This document shows, in pieces, positions 58,912 through 64,000 of a DNA stretch of 64,000 nucleotides. The stretch's first letter is position 1. Each line of letters starts with the position of its first letter. The notes under the pieces are model-generated. The model ran no database searches and was not told the DNA's origin. It saw nothing but the letters and a program-made list of their open reading frames with translations. Both the position numbers and the translations under genes were made by a program. Source of the DNA: an uncultured delta proteobacterium (lineage in GTDB: Bacteria; Desulfobacterota; Binatia; UBA9968); NCBI GenBank assembly GCA_963771465.1, contig CAVYTU010000010.1, forward strand, positions 1 through 64,000, given 5' to 3'.

Positions 58912-59274
58912 ATGTTAGCGCGCAAAGCGATTCAAGATATCTCCGTGATCGATCTCAACGGCGATATTGATTTTCGGGAGATGATCCGCATCAAAGATGC
59001 GATCGGTTCGTTGATCGAAAAGGAACGGATCAAGGTGGTGATCAATCTCAAGTCGGTGGATCATATCAACTACTTGAGCATTGGCGTTCTCTTGGAGCGG
59101 TTGAAGCTGCTCAGAAATTTAAATGGCGATCTCAAGCTTGCGGGCATGAGTCCTTTCTTGCGTGATATTTTTAAGGTCGTCGGCATGGACCGCTTCTTCG
59201 AAGATTACACCTCTCTGGAGGACGCCATCGAAAGCTTTGACGACGATTGGGAGGGTGACGGCACCAGTCACTGA
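58912..59274 (+). CDS. STAS domain protein (anti-sigma factor antagonist-like)
   Basis: LNGDID, INLKSVDHINYLSIGVL, GDLKL. Confidence 0.88.
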   Translation: MLARKAIQDISVIDLNGDIDFREMIRIKDAIGSLIEKERIKVVINLKSVDHINYLSIGVLLERLKLLRNLNGDLKLAGMSPFLRDIFKVVGMDRFFEDYTSLEDAIESFDDDWEGDGTSH

Positions 59275-59276
59275 GT

Positions 59277-60212
59277 GTGTTTGCCCATGTCTCTGTAATG
59301 TTGCGGGAGGTCGTCGACTATCTCAACCCTAAACCAGGCAAGCGATATCTCGATGGCACATTGGGTGGAGGAGGGCATAGCGAACAGATCCTGATCGAGA
59401 GTGAGCCGGATGGTTTGGTTCTGGGACTGGACCGGGACGACGAGGCGCTTAGTGCGGCACGCCAGCGCTTGCAAAGGTTTGGCGCTCGTTTGAGCGGGCG
59501 TCAGGCGAGTTTCGCCGAAGCGGACGGAATTCTTGCGACAATCGGCTGGCCGACGGTCGATGGAGTGATCTTGGACTTAGGCATCTCATCCCATCAGATA
59601 GATTCTCCCGAACGAGGCTTTAGCTTTCGCGGCGATGGCCGGCTCGACATGCGCATGGACCGGCGCCAAGAGCTCGATGCTGAGCGCGTTGTGAATACGT
59701 ATAGCGAGGCTGAGCTGGAGAGAATTTTTCGCGACTACGGCGAAGAGCCGCAGGCGCGACGGATCGCGCGTGTCCTGGCTGCCGAGCGCAAGCATAAACC
59801 GATCGAAACGACTGCCGAACTCACTCAGCTGGTCGCGCGCGCCAAGCCTAGCAGCGGTGGCCGGAGGCGCGATCATCATCCGGCAACGCAAGTTTTCCAA
59901 GCGCTTCGTATCGCGGTCAATCAAGAGCTTGTCGAGATTGAGCGATTCTTGGACAAGGGTTATGAACTGCTCAGCCCGCAAGGCCGAATGGTGATCATAT
60001 CATTTCAGTCCTTGGAAGATCGCCTGGTGAAACAGGCGTTTCGCAAATGGAGCCGTGCCTGTCTCTGTCCGCCGCGCGTGCTCAGCTGTCGGTGCGGCTG
60101 GAATCAGAAGGTGAAACCGCTCACGAAAAAGCCGGTGCTGCCATCGGCGCGAGAGATCGAAACCAATCCGCGCGCACGCGCCGCCAAATTGCGCGCGGTC
60201 GAGAAAATTTAG
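59277..60212 (+). CDS. rsmH: 16S rRNA C1402 N4-methyltransferase
   Basis: HVSVM, DGTLGGGGHS, DLGISS, RGFSF, FQALRIAVN, NPRAR.AKLR. Confidence 0.97.
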   Translation: MFAHVSVMLREVVDYLNPKPGKRYLDGTLGGGGHSEQILIESEPDGLVLGLDRDDEALSAARQRLQRFGARLSGRQASFAEADGILATIGWPTVDGVILDLGISSHQIDSPERGFSFRGDGRLDMRMDRRQELDAERVVNTYSEAELERIFRDYGEEPQARRIARVLAAERKHKPIETTAELTQLVARAKPSSGGRRRDHHPATQVFQALRIAVNQELVEIERFLDKGYELLSPQGRMVIISFQSLEDRLVKQAFRKWSRACLCPPRVLSCRCGWNQKVKPLTKKPVLPSAREIETNPRARAAKLRAVEKI

Positions 60213-60217
60213 CGGCC

Positions 60218-60559
60218 ATGGCAACTGCTGTCAGCACGCAACCGCGTAGAATTATCGGCGCGAAGCGAGAACGTGCGGCACCGGCCCGCGGTAAACGCCG
60301 CCGCTTTGTAATTGCCGCCTTGCTGGTTCTCGGCTTGATCGGCGCGGTGTTGGTCCATGTGTGGTTGCGCTTACAAGTTGTGCGCATGGGCTATGTGCTT
60401 TCGACTACGAGCAAGCTACAAGCCCGGCTCGAACAGGAAAATCGCGAATTGAAAGTCGAATTAGCGACGATGACATCGCCCGACCGGCTCGAAGCCCTGG
60501 CACGCCAGCGCTTAGGGCTGGTTCAGCCTGAGAAAGGTCAGGTCGTGGTTTTACCATGA
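60218..60559 (+). CDS. ftsL: Cell division protein FtsL
   Basis: Basic N-terminus, one TM, leucine-zipper, LARQRLGL..P; located between rsmH and ftsI. Confidence 0.9.
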   Translation: MATAVSTQPRRIIGAKRERAAPARGKRRRFVIAALLVLGLIGAVLVHVWLRLQVVRMGYVLSTTSKLQARLEQENRELKVELATMTSPDRLEALARQRLGLVQPEKGQVVVLP

Positions 60560-62508
60560 GGCGTACTTTCAAGTGCAATCAGCGGCGCCTATTAATCGCC
60601 AAGGTTTTGTTCCTTGTGGTTTTCTTGGCGGTGGGCGGTCGCGCGTTCCAGCTGCAAGTCCTGCAAGGCGATAAACTCATGCGCCTGGGCCAACGCCAGC
60701 ACTTAAAGGAATGGATCGTTTTGCCAAAGCGCGGTGCGTTGATTGACCGCGCCGGTGAACCGTTGGCGTTGAGCATGGAGTCGCAGTCGGTCTACGTTCG
60801 ACCCCATCGAATTCAAGACGCCGACAGAGTGAGTCAAAATTTGGCGCAGATCCTTAATCTCCGCGCCGCTGAAGTTAAACAAAAAGTCAGCTCGGAAAAA
60901 CCCTTCGTTTGGGTCAAGCGGCAAATCTCATCGCCGGAGGCGGAAAAAATTCAGGCGCTGAACCTGGACGGCATCGGCATGTTTTTCGAACCCAATCGCC
61001 ACTATCCGCAAGGGCAGCTGGCGGGCCAGCTGATCGGCTTCGTCGGCCGGGATTCCGAAGGGCTGGAAGGCTTGGAGCTGAAGTACAACGACTTCATCCG
61101 CGGGGAAACCGGTTCGTCAGTAACCGAGCGCGACGCGCTCGGACGGCGTGTGCTCGTTCAGGGTATGGAGGGATTGCAGATTCCGCCGGGCAGCGACGTT
61201 CATTTGACACTCGACACGGCGATTCAAAACATGGCGGAAAAAGAATTAGAAGCATCGATCGTAAAATATCGCGCCAAAGCGGGAGTGGCGATCGTGGTGG
61301 AGCCGCACACCGGTGAAGTTCTGGCATTGGCCAACTATCCCTCCTTCGATCCCAATAATTACGCCAAGCAAACCGCCGAGCAGAGACGTAACCGCGCCGT
61401 CACGGACAGTTTCGAACCGGGCTCGACATTTAAAACCATTCTCGCCGCCGCCGCTTTAGAAGAAGGGATCGTCGGCAAAGACGATCTCTTCTATTGTGAA
61501 ATGGGCAAGTATCCGTTTGCCGGACGAGTGATCCATGACACTCATCCGCAGGGTTGGCTGTCTTTCGCTAAGATTCTCCAGGTGTCGAGCAACATCGGCT
61601 TCACCAAAGTGGCCGAGAAGGTCAAGCGGGAGCGCTACTTCAAGTACATTGAAAAATTTGGTTTCGGCAAAGTCACAGGCTTGGATGTGCCCGGCGAGGT
61701 GCCTGGATTGCTGCGCCGCGCCGAAAGTTGGGCGAGTATCGATCTGGCCACCCATGCTTTCGGCCAAGGCATCTCGACCACGCCGATGCAGCTGGTAATG
61801 GCGTATGCGGCGATCGCCAACGGCGGCTTTCTCATGCGTCCGTTTGTGACTCGCCGGGTGATTAGCCCGGGCGGCGAAGTCTTGGTCGAGAACCAGCCCC
61901 ACGTGGTGCGCCGGGTGATTTCGGAAAAAACTGCCAAGCTGCTGGCATCGATACTGAAGGATGTGACCAACGAGGGCGGCACCGGCACCATGGCGAATAT
62001 CGAAGGCTTCGAAGTCGCGGGAAAAACCGGCACGGCGCAGAAGGCCGATCCGGCCCACGGCGGATATTCAAAGAAGCGCGTCGCCTCCTTTGTCGGATTT
62101 GTGCCTGCCGATAATCCACGTTTGGTGGCGTTAGTGCTGATCGACGAGCCCGAGTCGCAAGTTTACGGCGGCGTGGTCGCGGCGCCGGTGTTTCGTAACC
62201 TGGTTCAAGGCGCGCTGCGCCGGTTGGCCGTGGCACCGCAGACGACTCAGCCGCTTCCGACGGAGCCCAACCGCGCCGCATTGACGATTCGCCATGGCGC
62301 CAAGCGCGCCACTCAAACCGCGCTTCCCGCCGGTGCCGATGGGGTGCCCGATTTCGTCGGCCTAAGTCTGCGCGAGGCGTTGACGAAAGCTCAATCGATG
62401 AAAGTTAAGGTGCGGCTGCAAGGCAATGGCTACGTAATTCGTCAGGCGCCGCAGGCGGGCGGCCGCTGGAACGAAGAAGAAATTTTAGTGCTCAATTTGC
62501 AAGGCTGA
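60556..62508 (+). CDS. ftsI: Class B penicillin-binding protein with C-terminal PASTA domain
   Basis: GSTFK (SxxK), SSN, KTGTAQ; VPDFVGLSLR PASTA. Confidence 0.95.
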   Translation: MRRTFKCNQRRLLIAKVLFLVVFLAVGGRAFQLQVLQGDKLMRLGQRQHLKEWIVLPKRGALIDRAGEPLALSMESQSVYVRPHRIQDADRVSQNLAQILNLRAAEVKQKVSSEKPFVWVKRQISSPEAEKIQALNLDGIGMFFEPNRHYPQGQLAGQLIGFVGRDSEGLEGLELKYNDFIRGETGSSVTERDALGRRVLVQGMEGLQIPPGSDVHLTLDTAIQNMAEKELEASIVKYRAKAGVAIVVEPHTGEVLALANYPSFDPNNYAKQTAEQRRNRAVTDSFEPGSTFKTILAAAALEEGIVGKDDLFYCEMGKYPFAGRVIHDTHPQGWLSFAKILQVSSNIGFTKVAEKVKRERYFKYIEKFGFGKVTGLDVPGEVPGLLRRAESWASIDLATHAFGQGISTTPMQLVMAYAAIANGGFLMRPFVTRRVISPGGEVLVENQPHVVRRVISEKTAKLLASILKDVTNEGGTGTMANIEGFEVAGKTGTAQKADPAHGGYSKKRVASFVGFVPADNPRLVALVLIDEPESQVYGGVVAAPVFRNLVQGALRRLAVAPQTTQPLPTEPNRAALTIRHGAKRATQTALPAGADGVPDFVGLSLREALTKAQSMKVKVRLQGNGYVIRQAPQAGGRWNEEEILVLNLQG

Positions 62509-62513
62509 CGGAG

Positions 62514-64000
62514 ATGCAACTCAAGGAGCTTGTGACGCTGGAGGAGGTGGCAGAGGCTGCGGGAAATCTGGATCAAGAAGTGAGCGGGTTGACTTACGAT
62601 TCGCGCACGGCGAGCGCAGGGCAGGTTTTTTTCGCGATTCCAGGTGAGAAGGCCGACGGCCACGATTTCATCGGCGCGGCGATCAAGCGCGGCGCGTCCA
62701 CAGTGGTTTATTCGCGCCCAGGCGACCGGCCGCAAATCGCAGCGTCGGTGCGGGTGAAAGATGTCCGGCGCGCGCTGGGGATATGGGCGGCACATTTTTA
62801 TCATCGACCGAGCCAAAGCCTAAAACTTGTCGGCGTGACCGGGACCAACGGCAAAACGACTCTGACCTACTTAGTCGAGTCGATATTCAAGGCCGCAGGT
62901 TTGGCATCCGGCGTGATCGGTACCATCAATTATCGTTACGTCGGCCGGGAAATACCGTCTCATCACACCACGCCGGAGTCGCTCGATTTGCAGCAAATAT
63001 TGGCCGCCATGGTCGGCGCGGGCGTGAAGTCGGCCGCCATTGAAGTTTCCTCCCACGCCTTAGCACAGGAGCGAGTACGTGGATTGGATTTTGACGTCGG
63101 TGTTTTTACCAATCTGTCGCGCGATCATCTCGACTACCATGGCGACATGGACGATTACTTTTCGGCCAAGAGCCGGCTGTTTACCGATTATTTAGATGCC
63201 AGTTCAAAGACGGACAAGGCGGCGGTAATTTATGGCGAAGATGCGCGCGGTGGCACACTGGCCGCCATGGCGCGCGCGCACGGTTTGGACGTTTGGTTAT
63301 ACGGCGAAGGGTCGACCTGGGATGTGCATCCGTTAACCGTTGAAATGGACGTTTTCGGTTGCCGGGGCAAGATCGCTGCCAAGGGACGGACGGTGGCATT
63401 TGAATCGGCGCTGATCGGCAGCGCTAACTTGCAAAATATTCTCGGCGCGGTGGGCGTCAGTTGCGCGCTCGGGCTTGAACCTGACGCCATTGGGGCGGGA
63501 ATTCGCCAACTCAAAACCGTTCCCGGACGCGTCGAGAAGGTTGAAAACCAGTTCGGCATTACTATTCTCGTCGACTACGCGCATACGCCGGACGCGCTGG
63601 AGAAAGTTCTCGGCACGGTGCGGCCGTTGACCCGCGGTAAGGTGATCACTGTGTTCGGTTGCGGCGGCGATCGCGATCGCGGCAAAAGGCCGCTGATGGG
63701 TGAAATTGCCGCGCGGCTGAGCGATCTCGTGGTCGTGACTTCGGATAATCCGCGGACTGAGGAGGCGTCGGCGATTCTCGGCGAGATTGAAGCTGGCGTT
63801 CAGCAGACTGGCTTGAAGAAGTTTGGGGTTTCGGATGCCGCGTCTCGGTCTGGGGAATTCGATTCCGAGCGCGGTTATTTCATGGAAGCTGATCGGCGAA
63901 TGGCGATTCGCGCCGCGCTCCATTGGGCCGCGCCGGGCGATGTGGTTTTGATCGCCGGCAAGGGGCACGAGGACTATCAAATCCTCGGCACCGAAAAGAT
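62514..64000 (+). CDS. murE: UDP-MurNAc-tripeptide synthetase (runs off the window end)
   Basis: Translated by hand: YDSR, GVTGTNGKT, TTPES, EVSSH, DYAHTPDAL, TSDNPR, AGKGHEDYQ. Confidence 0.96.
   Translation, partial: MQLKELVTLEEVAEAAGNLDQEVSGLTYDSRTASAGQVFFAIPGEKADGHDFIGAAIKRGASTVVYSRPGDRPQIAASVRVKDVRRALGIWAAHFYHRPSQSLKLVGVTGTNGKTTLTYLVESIFKAAGLASGVIGTINYRYVGREIPSHHTTPESLDLQQILAAMVGAGVKSAAIEVSSHALAQERVRGLDFDVGVFTNLSRDHLDYHGDMDDYFSAKSRLFTDYLDASSKTDKAAVIYGEDARGGTLAAMARAHGLDVWLYGEGSTWDVHPLTVEMDVFGCRGKIAAKGRTVAFESALIGSANLQNILGAVGVSCALGLEPDAIGAGIRQLKTVPGRVEKVENQFGITILVDYAHTPDALEKVLGTVRPLTRGKVITVFGCGGDRDRGKRPLMGEIAARLSDLVVVTSDNPRTEEASAILGEIEAGVQQTGLKKFGVSDAASRSGEFDSERGYFMEADRRMAIRAALHWAAPGDVVLIAGKGHEDYQILGTEK

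Noticed and set aside
1-64000. CRISPR array, tRNA/rRNA, prophage or defence genes
   Set aside because: No regularly spaced repeat-spacer units, tRNA cloverleaf or cas/integrase/phage motifs seen by eye; the short tandem repeats lack spacers

Overview
The window looks like two pieces joined at 2276/2277. Bases 1-2276 are a very GC-rich fragment carrying a frameshifted beta-propeller lipoprotein, a PNPOx-like protein and a small membrane protein. The rest reads as a deltaproteobacteria-like chromosome (inference: Candidatus Binatia/Binatota style). In order it carries: the end of a surface-polysaccharide cluster; ispF; a Rieske/cytochrome b6/subunit IV operon extended by two small membrane ORFs, an octaheme cytochrome c and a cupredoxin-like protein; a ferredoxin-NADP reductase-like protein, an SDR and acs; a catabolic region rich in solute-binding proteins (VOC protein, Mo-hydroxylase large subunit, UbiD, PhtC-like protein, atypical asparaginase, alpha/beta hydrolase); livHMGF; rhomboid, EamA and M48 genes; a zinc-ribbon gene, a decayed RNase HI and rnpB; and the start of the dcw cluster (mraZ, STAS, rsmH, ftsL, ftsI, murE). 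Non-coding findings include two diverged copies of a 240-265 bp MITE-like element, a palindromic doublet in frame inside a signal-peptide region, and several short-period intergenic repeats. I saw no CRISPR array, rRNA or tRNA. All family calls come from recognising motifs by eye; no searches were run.
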